Assembly: GCA_017552705.1 (NCBI GenBank)
Contig: JAFZOY010000094.1
Coordinates: 21,286 to 85,285 of the forward strand
DNA length: 64,000 nucleotides
Direction: 5' to 3'
DNA from: Bacteroidales bacterium
Lineage (GTDB): Bacteria; Bacteroidota; Bacteroidia; Bacteroidales; UBA1715
Shown here: positions 8,481 to 18,509 of the stretch, one piece after another
Position numbering within the stretch: the first letter of the stretch is position 1
Layout of the letters: each line of letters begins with the position of its first letter
Program-made: the position numbers and the translations under genes
Notes under the pieces: model-generated
What the model was told of the DNA's origin: nothing
What the model saw: the letters and a program-made list of their open reading frames with translations, nothing else
Databases searched by the model: none

Positions 8481-11400
8481 TTATTTATTCTTTTCTATCC
8501 ATTTCCGTGCATTCACGAATGCCTCTACCCACGGCGTAACCACGTCGTTTTTGCGGTCTTGTGGATAATATGCCCAGTTCCAAGGATACAACGCACGTTC
8601 AAGGTGTGGCATCATTGCTAAATGACGGCCGTCGTTCGACGTGATACCTGCCGTGTCCCAATCGGAACCATTCGGATTTGCCGGGTATGTGCTGTAATTG
8701 TACGTCAATGCAATGTTGTATTTTGACTTGTCGTACGGGAATTTGAATTTTCCTTCTCCGTGAGCAATCCAAATACCTAAAGAACTGTTCTCCAATGATT
8801 TAAGCATGATACTTGGACTTTGTTGGATAGTTACGCCCAAGAAACCTGATTCAAATTTATGTGAATCGTTGTGTTCCATGTGTGGCTTTTCGGCATCGGT
8901 TGGATTTATCAAGCCCAATTCTATCATTAACTGACAGCCGTTGCAAACGCCCAAACTCATTGTGTCTTTGCGAGCAAAGAAATTGTCAAGCGATTGTTTT
9001 GCCTTTTCGTTGTACAAGAATGCACCAGCCCAACCTTTTGCCGAACCAAGCACGTCGGAGTTAGAGAATCCACCCACAAATACGATGAAATTCACATCCG
9101 TCAAATCTTCACGCCCGGTGATGAGGTCCGTCATGTGGACATCTTTCACGTCGAATCCTGCAACGTGCATACACCACGCCATTTCGCGGTCGCCGTTCAC
9201 ACCTTTTTCACGAATGATGGCTGCACGAACACCCGTCTTCGTTTTTCTATGTAAATCAATACCATACGGAGCAATTTGACCGCTGAAATTGTTCGGGAAC
9301 GAGAATTTCAAAGGTGACTTGTCGAACGAGTCAAAACGTTCTTTTGCTTTTACTGCACCACTTTGTTCACAGTCAAGTAAGTACGAAGTCTTGTACCATG
9401 TTCTGCGCCATTCGTTGATGTCGAATTCGTAAATTCCGTTTTGGATTGAATCTGCTACCCAAGCCGCAAGAATATTTTCGTTGTTACTTTTATAACTACC
9501 AAATGCGAAGCATGAAATGCCCTCGGCTTGTAGTTCTTCAACAGTTTCAGGGGCAACTTGTAGAACAAGGGCAGGGTTTTCGTTGAAGAACACTTCAACA
9601 TCGTTGTCGTTGTTGAAATAATCCAAACAAACTGCCATACCGCCTTTTGCGTTGGCAAAATTCATCTCCAACAAACACGTGATTAAACCACCGGCAGAAA
9701 CGTCGTGTCCAGCAAGAACTTTACCTTCGGCAACGAGTTTTTGTACCGCGTTGAATGCCTTTGCAAAGTAAGCAGGATCAGTTACCGTAGGCGTTTCGGT
9801 GCCAAGTCCGTTTACAACTTGTGCCAATGTGGAACCACCAAGTTTTTGTCCTGATTTACCGAAATCAACATACACTAAAACAGCATCTTCGTCAGGTTTA
9901 ATAAATGGAGTAACTGTCTTGCGAATATCTTGAACTTCACCTACCGTTGAAATAATCACAGTGCCAGGTGAATATACAGAATCACCGTCTTTGTACTTTT
10001 GTGTCATCGACAAAGAGTCTTTTCCTGTCGGAATGTTGATTTGTAACGCTTTTGCGAAATCGCTTGCTGCTTGTACGGCACGATATAAACGAGCATCTTC
10101 GCCAGCATTTTTACATGGCCACATCCAGTTCGCACTCAATGAAATGCCTTTCAAACCGCCTTCAATTGGGGTGAGAACAACATTTGTCAATGCTTCGGCA
10201 ATAGACATAATTGAACCATTTTCTGGCGAAATCAAACCAACTGCTGGTGCGTGGCCGATTGAAGTTGCAATACCTTTTTTACCTTGATAATCAATTGCAA
10301 CAACACCGCAATCGTTCAATGGCAATTGCAATTCGCCTGTACATTGTTGCGTGGCGATTTTACCAGTTACCGAACGGTCAACTTTGTTTGTCAAATAATC
10401 CTTACATGCAACTGATTCAAGTTGAAGCACTTGGTTAAGATATTCGTAAATATTTTCTTTATTTACGTTCAATGGCTTGAAAGTCTCTTCAACTGTGGAA
10501 TCTTTCATAATAGTTTTTGGCGGATTACCAATCATATCGTCCATTTGTAGGTCGATTGGTTTTTCGCCTGTTTTGTCATTCACAATCGTAAATTGGTGAG
10601 TGCCAGTTGCTTCACCAATTACGTACATTGGAGCTCGTTCGCGGCTTGCAATTTGCGAAAGCAAGTCAACATTTTCTTGTTTCATCACCAATCCCATACG
10701 TTCCTGCGACTCGTTACCCACGATTTCCTTAGCCGAAAGGGTAGGGTCGCCGATAGGCAGTTTATTTATATGTATGGTTCCACCTGTTTCTTCAACCAGT
10801 TCCGAAAGACAGTTCAAGTGACCGCCAGCACCGTGGTCGTGGATGGAAACGACTGGATTCACGTCCATTTCGCCTAATGCGCGGATGGCATTGTAGGCAC
10901 GTTTCTGCATTTCTGGGTTGCTTCGCTGAACGGCATTCAACTCAATTGCATTGTTGTATTCGCCTGTGGCAACCGACGAAACTGCGCCACCGCCCATACC
11001 GATGCGGTAGTTGTCACCACCAAGCAACACAACCTTGTCGCCAACTTCTGGCGTGTCTTTCAAACTGTCGTTCTTCTTTGCGTAGCCAACACCGCCAGCC
11101 ATCATTATTACTTTGTCGAAGCCGTATTTTTTGTTGTTCTCAAAATGTTCGAACGTCAGCACGCTACCGCAGATAAGCGGTTGACCGAATTTGTTACCGA
11201 AATCGCTCGCACCATTCGATGCTTTTATAAGAATGTCTTTTGGCGTCTGATATAGCCATGGACGTGGTTTTGTGGCATTTTCCCAAATACGTTCAGGATC
11301 GTTCAAACGAGTATATGAAGTCATATACACGGCTGTTCCTGCAATCGGATAAGCTGCCTTTCCGCCCGCAATTCTGTCACGGATTTCACCGCCCGTTCCC

Positions 11401-12185
11401 GTAGCAGCACCATTGAATGGTTCCACGGTAGTAGGGAAGTTGTGCGTTTCGGCTTTCAATGAAATTACCGATTCGTAATCTTTTATGGTGAAATAATCAG
11501 GCTTGTTTTGCGTTTCTGGAGCAAATTGCTCAATCATAGGACCTTGGATAAAGGCACAATTGTCTTTATATGCAGAAACAACACGATTCGGATTCTGTTC
11601 CGTCGTTTGTTTAATCATTTTGAACAACGAAAATGGTTTTTCCTTGCCGTCGATGACGAAACTGCCACCAAAAATTTTGTGACGGCAGTGCTCGGAGTTT
11701 ACTTGTGAGAATCCGAATACCTCGCTGTCGGTAAGTTTTCTGCCAAGTTTCTTTGCCAATCCTTCAAGGTATGCAATCTCATTTTCGTTGAGAGCCAACC
11801 CTTCTTTTTTATTGTATTCGTTCAAATCTTCAATGAAGATAATCGGGTCTGGTTGGTGGTTGACCGTGAAAATGTCTTGGTTCAAACCTTCGTATTTGCG
11901 TTGCAACATCGGGTCGAATGCACTTTTTTCGGTTTGTGGGACGTATTCCTCTATACGTTTGATGCCCGAAATGCCCATATTTTGGGTGATTTCAACCGCA
12001 TTGGTACTCCACGGGGTAATCATTTCGCGGCGAGGACCGATGAATTTGCCGTCAAGAGTTTGTGCATCAATGATGTGAGCGTTGCCAAACAACCACGAAA
12101 GTTTTTCTGTCGTTTTTTCGTCAAAAGCTGAATCAGACTGTACAGCAAGGATTTTGTGCTGTTTGTCTTCAAAGAAGTATATCAT
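8481..12185 (-). CDS. purL: Phosphoribosylformylglycinamidine (FGAM) synthase, single-chain large form
   Basis: 1234 aa. Duplicated AIR-synthase-like domains ('NSEHCRHKIF') plus a C-terminal class I glutaminase ('LGVCNGCQLM', 'HGEG'). Confidence 0.97.
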   Translation of the reverse strand: MIYFFEDKQHKILAVQSDSAFDEKTTEKLSWLFGNAHIIDAQTLDGKFIGPRREMITPWSTNAVEITQNMGISGIKRIEEYVPQTEKSAFDPMLQRKYEGLNQDIFTVNHQPDPIIFIEDLNEYNKKEGLALNENEIAYLEGLAKKLGRKLTDSEVFGFSQVNSEHCRHKIFGGSFVIDGKEKPFSLFKMIKQTTEQNPNRVVSAYKDNCAFIQGPMIEQFAPETQNKPDYFTIKDYESVISLKAETHNFPTTVEPFNGAATGTGGEIRDRIAGGKAAYPIAGTAVYMTSYTRLNDPERIWENATKPRPWLYQTPKDILIKASNGASDFGNKFGQPLICGSVLTFEHFENNKKYGFDKVIMMAGGVGYAKKNDSLKDTPEVGDKVVLLGGDNYRIGMGGGAVSSVATGEYNNAIELNAVQRSNPEMQKRAYNAIRALGEMDVNPVVSIHDHGAGGHLNCLSELVEETGGTIHINKLPIGDPTLSAKEIVGNESQERMGLVMKQENVDLLSQIASRERAPMYVIGEATGTHQFTIVNDKTGEKPIDLQMDDMIGNPPKTIMKDSTVEETFKPLNVNKENIYEYLNQVLQLESVACKDYLTNKVDRSVTGKIATQQCTGELQLPLNDCGVVAIDYQGKKGIATSIGHAPAVGLISPENGSIMSIAEALTNVVLTPIEGGLKGISLSANWMWPCKNAGEDARLYRAVQAASDFAKALQINIPTGKDSLSMTQKYKDGDSVYSPGTVIISTVGEVQDIRKTVTPFIKPDEDAVLVYVDFGKSGQKLGGSTLAQVVNGLGTETPTVTDPAYFAKAFNAVQKLVAEGKVLAGHDVSAGGLITCLLEMNFANAKGGMAVCLDYFNNDNDVEVFFNENPALVLQVAPETVEELQAEGISCFAFGSYKSNNENILAAWVADSIQNGIYEFDINEWRRTWYKTSYLLDCEQSGAVKAKERFDSFDKSPLKFSFPNNFSGQIAPYGIDLHRKTKTGVRAAIIREKGVNGDREMAWCMHVAGFDVKDVHMTDLITGREDLTDVNFIVFVGGFSNSDVLGSAKGWAGAFLYNEKAKQSLDNFFARKDTMSLGVCNGCQLMIELGLINPTDAEKPHMEHNDSHKFESGFLGVTIQQSPSIMLKSLENSSLGIWIAHGEGKFKFPYDKSKYNIALTYNYSTYPANPNGSDWDTAGITSNDGRHLAMMPHLERALYPWNWAYYPQDRKNDVVTPWVEAFVNARKWIEKNK

Positions 12186-12206
12186 ATTTCAAAAATTTTT
12201 GATGCA

Positions 12207-12214
12207 CAAATATA
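12207..12214 (-). promoter_or_regulatory. Candidate -7 promoter box for purL
   Basis: The minus strand reads TATATTTG (TAnnTTTG), about 22 nt upstream of the purL ATG at 12185. Confidence 0.35.
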
Positions 12215-12263
12215 CAAGGAAAAACGAGTGGAATTTGCAGTGTTGATAAATAGTTATAAACAC

Positions 12264-12294
12264 AAAAAAGGCAACCAGATTTGGCTGCCTTTTT
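12264..12294 (-). terminator. Intrinsic terminator after the CBM48 gene
   Basis: The minus strand reads aaggcagccaaatctggttgcctttttt: an imperfect 9-bp stem followed by a T-run, 20 nt past the stop at 12314. Confidence 0.6.
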
Positions 12295-12313
12295 ACGTGT
12301 TTTATAAGAATTG

Positions 12314-12610
12314 TTAAAGAACTACAACTGAGTTTGTTCCGCCGAATTCGTTGCCAACATATTTGTCGGCTTCAGGATCGTCAACCCAAGTTTCACCGTT
12401 GATAACGAACTTGTATTGATATTCACGACCTTTTTCCAATTCAACTTTTGCGCTGCCAACACCTTTACACATTCTGAAAGGGTTTGCGTTTACATCCCAG
12501 TTGTTGAACTCGCCAACAACACTTGCTTTTTTCGCTCCGTTAAGCAATTCTGCTGAAATAGAGAATGTTACAGAAGCTTCGTTTTTAGTTTTTGAAATCT
12601 GTTTTTTCAT
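12314..12610 (-). CDS. Stand-alone early-set / CBM48 (AMPK-beta, isoamylase-N type) glycogen-binding domain protein
   Basis: 98 aa. 'VVGEFNNWD....YQYKFVINGETWVDDP' is the CBM48/E-set signature. Confidence 0.8.
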   Translation of the reverse strand: MKKQISKTKNEASVTFSISAELLNGAKKASVVGEFNNWDVNANPFRMCKGVGSAKVELEKGREYQYKFVINGETWVDDPEADKYVGNEFGGTNSVVVL

Positions 12611-12654
12611 ATTAGTATAATTTAAGGTTAATAAAAATATGAGTTCGATAGATG

Positions 12655-12685
12655 TAAAAACCCTTGCCCGTAACGGACAAGGGGG
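12655..12685 (-). terminator. Intrinsic terminator after pgk
   Basis: The minus strand reads CCCTTGtccgttacgggCAAGGGttttt: a 6-bp GC-rich stem followed by a T-run, just downstream of the pgk stop (12705). Confidence 0.65.
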
Positions 12686-12704
12686 TGTAGTATTTCTGTC
12701 GAAA

Positions 12705-13982
12705 TTATTTCGCGTCGCGGATTGCTGCTACGCCAGGAAGAGTTTTTCCTTCGATAGCTTCAAGCAATGCACCGCCACCAGTCGAAATGTACGAAACTTG
12801 GTCTGCCAATCCGAATTTGTTGATGCAGGCAACAGAGTCGCCACCACCGATTAACGAGAAAGCACCTTCTTTAGTTGCTGCTGCGATTGCGTTTGCAATT
12901 GCTTTAGAACCAGCAGTGAAGTCATCACATTCGAATACACCGGCAGGACCGTTCCAAAGGATTGTTTTTGCACCTTTGATTGCTTCAGCGAATTTCTTTT
13001 GGCTTTCTGGTCCCGCATCCAAACCTTCGAAACCATTTTCGATTGCACCCGAAGCACAAACTTTTACTTGTGCGCCTGGTTTCAACGACATAGAACCGAA
13101 ATCGAAAGCGTTTGTAACAACTGAATCAGAACCAAGTACCAATTCCACATTGTTTTTCTTTGCCAATTCTTGGATGTTAAGAGCAAGATCAAGTTTATCT
13201 TCCTCGCAGATTGAAGAACCAACTGTTCCGCCGTTAGCTTTAGCGAATGTGTAAGTCATACCACCACAAAGAATCAATTTGTCAACCTTTGTCATCAAGT
13301 TTTCGATGATACCGATTTTCGTAGAAACTTTAGAACCACCCATGATAGCAACGAATGGACGGTTGATGTTGTTCAATACATTGTCAACAGCCTTAACTTC
13401 TTTTTCCATCAAGTAGCCCAACATTTTGCTGTTTACGTCGAAGTAGTCGGCAATAACGGCTGTAGAAGCGTGTGAACGGTGAGCAGTACCGAATGCGTCC
13501 ATAATGTAGCAGTCAGCGTAAGAAGCCAATGTTTTAGCAAATTCTTTTTGTTTTGCCTTCATTTCTTTCTTAGCAGCGTCGTAGTTTGGATCGTCTTTTT
13601 CGATGCCAACTGGTTTACCTTCTTCTTCAGGATAGAAACGAAGGTTTTCCAACATAAGAACTTCGCCTGCTTTCAATGCTGCAGCTTCAGCAGAAGCTTT
13701 TGCACAATCAGGAGCGAATTTCACTGGAGCGCCAAGTGCTTTTGATACTGCGTCAACGATTTGGTTCAACGACATTTTTGGGTTTACTTTACCTTTTGGT
13801 TTGCCCATGTGCGACATAATGATTAGCGCGCCGCCGTCAGCCAAAACTTTCTTTAATGTAGGAAGAGCACCACGGATACGGGTGTCATCTGTTATTTTAC
13901 CATTTTCGTCAAGTGGCACGTTGAAGTCCACACGAACGATTGCTTTTTTACCAGCAAATTTGTAATTGTCAATAGTTTGCAT
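12705..13982 (-). CDS. pgk: Phosphoglycerate kinase
   Basis: '[12 protein letters not shown]', '[10 protein letters not shown]' and 'YISTGGGA' signatures. The length is full for Pgk. Confidence 0.97.
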   Translation of the reverse strand: MQTIDNYKFAGKKAIVRVDFNVPLDENGKITDDTRIRGALPTLKKVLADGGALIIMSHMGKPKGKVNPKMSLNQIVDAVSKALGAPVKFAPDCAKASAEAAALKAGEVLMLENLRFYPEEEGKPVGIEKDDPNYDAAKKEMKAKQKEFAKTLASYADCYIMDAFGTAHRSHASTAVIADYFDVNSKMLGYLMEKEVKAVDNVLNNINRPFVAIMGGSKVSTKIGIIENLMTKVDKLILCGGMTYTFAKANGGTVGSSICEEDKLDLALNIQELAKKNNVELVLGSDSVVTNAFDFGSMSLKPGAQVKVCASGAIENGFEGLDAGPESQKKFAEAIKGAKTILWNGPAGVFECDDFTAGSKAIANAIAAATKEGAFSLIGGGDSVACINKFGLADQVSYISTGGGALLEAIEGKTLPGVAAIRDAK

Positions 13983-14021
13983 CGTATAAAATGTTATTTG
14001 TTAAAACTTATTTTTGCAGCC

Positions 14022-14029
14022 CAAAGATA
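14022..14029 (-). promoter_or_regulatory. Candidate -7 promoter box for pgk
   Basis: The minus strand reads TATCTTTG (TAnnTTTG), about 40 nt upstream of the pgk ATG. Confidence 0.3.
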
Positions 14030-14116
14030 TAAAATTTCTATAGATATTATACTTAAAACGTAAGAAATACATAGAAACAATTGTATCCATTGCAGTTCTT
14101 TCTGTTGTTACCAGCA

Positions 14117-15142
14117 TTATGGTTCTTTTTTTTCTCGCTTGTCTACTTTGATATAATTACCAAATTGTTCGTAGATGTATTCTTTTTTGTCGCATATCTG
14201 CACTCGATTAGGGTATATTTCTCCTGTGTGTTGATATAGAGTGTCATAATGGTCGATACATGATCCATGGTTAATATTGTGTGTGTGTTCCTTATTTCCA
14301 TTCTTATATGTTCTATATACAGCAGAAACCGATGGGTAAACTTTTACACTATCTTTATTGAATTTGTTTTCTTCGTATTGTATTTGATGAACTTTTTGCC
14401 TGATGTTATGATATTTTACTTTTCCGTCAATTATAGAAAAAGTTTTACCTCTATAATCCTGTTCGCCATAATAGATTTTTCGGGAGAGTTTACCGTCAAC
14501 ATATTCGTATTTTAAAACATAAGGAATATATGGCGAAACATGAGGATAGGTTTTCTTTATGCTTTCAACTTTATGATTTGAGCTATCAAACTGCACATAC
14601 GTAATCATATATAATATAGATTTCTTTCTACTTTCTCTTGATATATAGATTTGAGAAGAACGATAATCATTTGTGTCGGACTGGTAACCGTAATTATACG
14701 CTTCTTTTAATTTCCATTTTCTTGTGATTTCATTACTAGAACTTCGTTGTGGATCTTTGTACATCCATTTATACGGATAATGATTTTTCCCTTTATGGTA
14801 GATAAGAACAGATTGCTTTCTTTCTAATGTGTCGAATTGCGTCATAGTAACAATTTGGTATCGACCACGATATGATTCTTGTATAATCCATTCGATTTTC
14901 TTAATCAATTGATTATTACTATTATAACCATATTTTGTCGTAATAGTTGCTGGAAATCCGCGATAGATTGTGCTTTTTACTTCGGTTGTGTCATACGTAA
15001 TTATTTCGGGCATCATTCCAAGATTTTTTGTTGTCTTGATTTTTATAGGAATATGCTCTATGTCAATTGGTTGTAGTTGCTGTCCGATGGCAGAAAGCAA
15101 TGCAAAAAACAATATTAAATACGAACACAAATACTTTTTCAT
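14117..15142 (-). CDS. Secreted hypothetical protein (last gene of the pseudokinase operon)
   Basis: 341 aa with a signal peptide (FALLSAIGQ). Tyr/Lys-rich with loosely repeated G..Y.Y segments. No confident family. Lies 6 nt after the upstream gene. Confidence 0.75.
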   Translation of the reverse strand: MKKYLCSYLILFFALLSAIGQQLQPIDIEHIPIKIKTTKNLGMMPEIITYDTTEVKSTIYRGFPATITTKYGYNSNNQLIKKIEWIIQESYRGRYQIVTMTQFDTLERKQSVLIYHKGKNHYPYKWMYKDPQRSSSNEITRKWKLKEAYNYGYQSDTNDYRSSQIYISRESRKKSILYMITYVQFDSSNHKVESIKKTYPHVSPYIPYVLKYEYVDGKLSRKIYYGEQDYRGKTFSIIDGKVKYHNIRQKVHQIQYEENKFNKDSVKVYPSVSAVYRTYKNGNKEHTHNINHGSCIDHYDTLYQHTGEIYPNRVQICDKKEYIYEQFGNYIKVDKREKKEP

Positions 15143-15148
15143 AGCATG

Positions 15149-16285
15149 TTATCTTTCTTTTTTGGGGCGGAATACATATTCGCCTTTACGATTGATATAT
15201 CCAACCTTTCCGTTACGTAATCGAACTTCTGCAAGTCCATTTTGAAAAAATCCTATATACTCATACTTAGGTTTCACAACTGTACGTCCAGATGTGTCTA
15301 TCAAACCTAATTTATGGCGACCGTAGCCAAACAGAAATGTTTCATAATTATATCGGACAACCATCAGCCCCTCTGAATAATGGTCAATCAATTCAGGGGT
15401 TTGGTACACAACTTTACCTTCCTCATTGAACAATCCTGCCCAGCCGTCTTTGTAAAACATGCACATACCATCAGGTGCAGGTATTAATTTAGTTGATGCC
15501 GTTTGTAAGCGACGAGCCCCCGTGGTGTCAATCATACCCCTGAATGATCCTCGTTTCCCGTTTATAACGGTGTCTTTTGAAAAAACCGCCAATCCGTTCT
15601 TGTCAAATTGCTCCCATTTAGTTGTTGACGGTTCTTCAATAATCTCACCATTTCGTTTCATGATTCCGACAAGATGCGGATTGTTACTATATCTAAATCG
15701 ATATGCACAACGGTTTTCATCCATCTGGTATATCTCAATCTGGTGTGCAGAATCCCTTTCTTGATTCAGTCGTTGTTCCAAGTTTTGCAATGCGATTCTG
15801 TTGGCAAAAATAATTTGATACGCCGAGTCATATTGTGGCGTTCCGTAATAAAATGTTTCACCTCTGGTATTTACAAAGCCATCATTCCGATGATGTCGGA
15901 TTATTGCATAGCCATTCTTGAAATCGGAACGGATATAATATTTGTCGGTCGGCATAATCACATAATTTCCATAACAATCAATCACAGCCGACAGGGCATC
16001 ATCGGGGACAAGTATCGGATTATCCAACGATTCTTCTTGTGTCAACAGATGTTTGTTTGACTTCGTGTCTTTTGAAAAATGTACCACAGCCAACGATTCA
16101 TTAAAACTAATGCGGTTGAATGTGGTATATGGCAACGTCAGCAGGATTTTTCCCGTGCTGTCAACCAACAATGTTTTCCCGTTTCGGTGAATTGTGATTC
16201 CACACTCGGTCGGACATGGTGTTTGGGCACACAGCATCTGCCAGAACAACAACAATATCAGCAATAAGTTATTTCTTTTGTTCAT
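15149..16285 (-). CDS. WG (KWG) repeat-containing secreted protein
   Basis: Signal peptide, then at least 6 WG-type repeats (NGYAIIRHHRNDGFVNTRGE, NGLAVFSKD, DGWAGLFNEEGKVV, NGLAEVRLRNGKVGYINRKGEYV). Start set to ATG 16285 (MNKRNN), a 17-nt overlap with the upstream gene. Confidence 0.85.
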   Translation of the reverse strand: MNKRNNLLLILLLFWQMLCAQTPCPTECGITIHRNGKTLLVDSTGKILLTLPYTTFNRISFNESLAVVHFSKDTKSNKHLLTQEESLDNPILVPDDALSAVIDCYGNYVIMPTDKYYIRSDFKNGYAIIRHHRNDGFVNTRGETFYYGTPQYDSAYQIIFANRIALQNLEQRLNQERDSAHQIEIYQMDENRCAYRFRYSNNPHLVGIMKRNGEIIEEPSTTKWEQFDKNGLAVFSKDTVINGKRGSFRGMIDTTGARRLQTASTKLIPAPDGMCMFYKDGWAGLFNEEGKVVYQTPELIDHYSEGLMVVRYNYETFLFGYGRHKLGLIDTSGRTVVKPKYEYIGFFQNGLAEVRLRNGKVGYINRKGEYVFRPKKER

Positions 16286-17315
16286 AATACACGTCGAAAA
16301 GCAATTGTTGTTTTTCCGAATCATAGTGATAATTCCCCGTTTTCATATTTAGTTTGTCGAAATACAGTTTTTGTATCTGTTTAATTGTGAGTTGTTCTTT
16401 TTTGTATGATGGTACAAACGTAATTTCATACGTTTTTTTATCGATTTGCTTTGCTCGAAGTTTTAAAACTGCTGAAAAAAAATAATCTCCCACCAAGATT
16501 TCAGCGGCAGGAATTGATATAGTTGCATTATTCCCTATTGGAATACCGACAGTTGCTTCGGGAGCAAACACTCCGATAAACCGCTTGATTTTCCGTTTGC
16601 CCACCATTGATTTATGTCGGGCAGGATTAACGCTATTGCAGTTCTCATAGAAAAAAATGACCTCCGCCAAATTCTTGCGTTTATGCAAGTCAAGTTTATA
16701 CGTTTCAAGTTGAAGAATCACATTGTTTTTGGAAAGTAGGTAATTATTGGTCGCACAACGATTCTCCTGATTATAGACAATGGTCTTTCGGGCATTGTAC
16801 CTCACGTGTGGCGTTTTCACCAAAAAAGCGGCTGACATTAGAAATCCATAATCTATAGGCAACAAAAATTCGTCTAACTGACTGAGAAACGTGGAGTCAC
16901 AACGCAACGCACACGATTTTGTGCGAACATCCGTGTATTTTAGGATTCTTAAACTATTGTAAACCGATATTGCCGAAAGTTCCGCAAAGACCTCACCGTC
17001 CTCTCGGCAAGGCGCAAGGTCTATCCTGAAGCTACGTGCTCCCGTTTTTAGTGATATTATGTTTTTTGTATATATGGTAAAACTTACATTAATTTCGTTT
17101 CCGACATTCACGGGCCTCTCCTTTGTACCATACACATCTTTATAAATTCTTTGTAGTCGTTTTGATGGATGCGAAGAAACACTGCTCGCAAATGGAGCCG
17201 CCATTATTTTTGTTTTCTCATAATCGGTGCATTCACATGGCAAACTGCCTTCCCATTGAGCAAATACCTCAATGGAAACAAATATGAAAAACAGTATAGA
17301 CCAAAATATTTTCAT
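16269..17315 (-). CDS. Secreted hypothetical protein
   Basis: 348 aa with a signal peptide (FVSIEVFAQ). Its start overlaps the stop of the kinase-like gene by 4 nt. No family recognised. Confidence 0.75.
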   Translation of the reverse strand: MKIFWSILFFIFVSIEVFAQWEGSLPCECTDYEKTKIMAAPFASSVSSHPSKRLQRIYKDVYGTKERPVNVGNEINVSFTIYTKNIISLKTGARSFRIDLAPCREDGEVFAELSAISVYNSLRILKYTDVRTKSCALRCDSTFLSQLDEFLLPIDYGFLMSAAFLVKTPHVRYNARKTIVYNQENRCATNNYLLSKNNVILQLETYKLDLHKRKNLAEVIFFYENCNSVNPARHKSMVGKRKIKRFIGVFAPEATVGIPIGNNATISIPAAEILVGDYFFSAVLKLRAKQIDKKTYEITFVPSYKKEQLTIKQIQKLYFDKLNMKTGNYHYDSEKQQLLFDVYYEQKK

Positions 17316-18355
17316 TGTGTACTCGTGTGTTTTCCCTTTGACGTGCTTTGAGAAACAGAATTATTGTTGAAAAGCGAGGTGATTTTCTTGAATAGGGATG
17401 TTTCTTTTTTTTGTTGAAATTCTTGGATTAACAGATGTATGGCTGACTTCATATCATCAGCATGTTGGAATCGTTGCACTTGTGCGTTATATAAAAATTT
17501 TGTACGGGCTTCGGGCTTATAACGCAGTGGCGGGGAGGTGAATATGTGTTTCGTGGTCGCTTTTTGTATGAGCGGAAATATTTGTTTCGGAATGCGATGG
17601 TGGCGTTTCAATGGGTACGACAACTGCATGTTGAGCAATAGATTTTTGTCGTCGTTTTCGCAAATAAATGCGTGCTCGCGGGCAAATGCCTCGTATAGCG
17701 AGATTCCCAAGCTAAATAAGTCGCAGCTGGCGTTCACCAGTTGCCCACATTGCAAAACCAATTCAGGTGCGGAATAATATAATGTATATGGAATCGTTCC
17801 GAAATTCAACATATTTTGTCCGTTGATTTGGGCGTATTCCATATTGATAAGTTTCACTGTCGGATTTTCTGTGTCGATTTGTCCTAATTCATTCGTTACC
17901 AAGAAGATATTGCTTGGCTGGATTCGTCGGTGGATTACTTTGTTGGCATGAAGAACCGACAGAATTTCGCACACTTTTTCAGCCACACGCAACAAAAACA
18001 GCGGGTTGCGGAGATGTGGATAGTCGCCGGTGAATGCAATCTGTTGCAGAGTCATTCCTACCAGATATTCACGGACAATATAAAATCCATCTTCGTCGCA
18101 GGCGCAGTCGTAGGTTTGCACTATGCCGCTGTGGAGTTGGTTCAATCCTTCAAAAATTGTATTGATAACTTCTATATGCTGCTGACCGAAAATCAGTTTC
18201 TGATTCTTGATGTAACGCACCATTACAAGTTTGCTGGTCTGCTCGCATTTCCCGTGGAATAATTGCCCCAAATCCGACGGGGTGTTTTCGTCGTTTTCGG
18301 GAATTTCGAAGTCAAACACATACGAGTTTCTTTTTCCAATGATACGTTTTTGCAT
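17312..18355 (-). CDS. Ser/Thr protein-kinase-like protein, predicted catalytically dead (pseudokinase)
   Basis: Hanks-kinase layout: 'VIHRRIQPSNIFL' (HRDxKxxN with D->R, K->Q), 'VKLINMEYA' (DFG -> NME), 'YSAPEL' (APE) and 'DLFSLGISLYE' (DxWSLG). No signal peptide or TM segment. Confidence 0.8.
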   Translation of the reverse strand: MQKRIIGKRNSYVFDFEIPENDENTPSDLGQLFHGKCEQTSKLVMVRYIKNQKLIFGQQHIEVINTIFEGLNQLHSGIVQTYDCACDEDGFYIVREYLVGMTLQQIAFTGDYPHLRNPLFLLRVAEKVCEILSVLHANKVIHRRIQPSNIFLVTNELGQIDTENPTVKLINMEYAQINGQNMLNFGTIPYTLYYSAPELVLQCGQLVNASCDLFSLGISLYEAFAREHAFICENDDKNLLLNMQLSYPLKRHHRIPKQIFPLIQKATTKHIFTSPPLRYKPEARTKFLYNAQVQRFQHADDMKSAIHLLIQEFQQKKETSLFKKITSLFNNNSVSQSTSKGKHTSTQ

Positions 18356-18451
18356 AAGTTGTTACTTTTCGTAATGATACAAAGGTAGGATTTTTTTGAA
18401 ATAAGAACCCTATGCTCGCCAATTAGATTTGTTCTTCGTCTATTTTAGGAC

Positions 18452-18486
18452 AAAAAAATCCCCCACATCGAAATGTAGGGGATTTT
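18452..18486 (-). terminator. Intrinsic terminator after gdhA
   Basis: The minus strand reads AAATCCCCtacatttcgatgtgGGGGATTTttttt: an 8-bp stem followed by a T-run, 24 nt past the stop. Confidence 0.75.
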
Positions 18487-18509
18487 CCTATTTGATTTGT
18501 ATATAGAAA

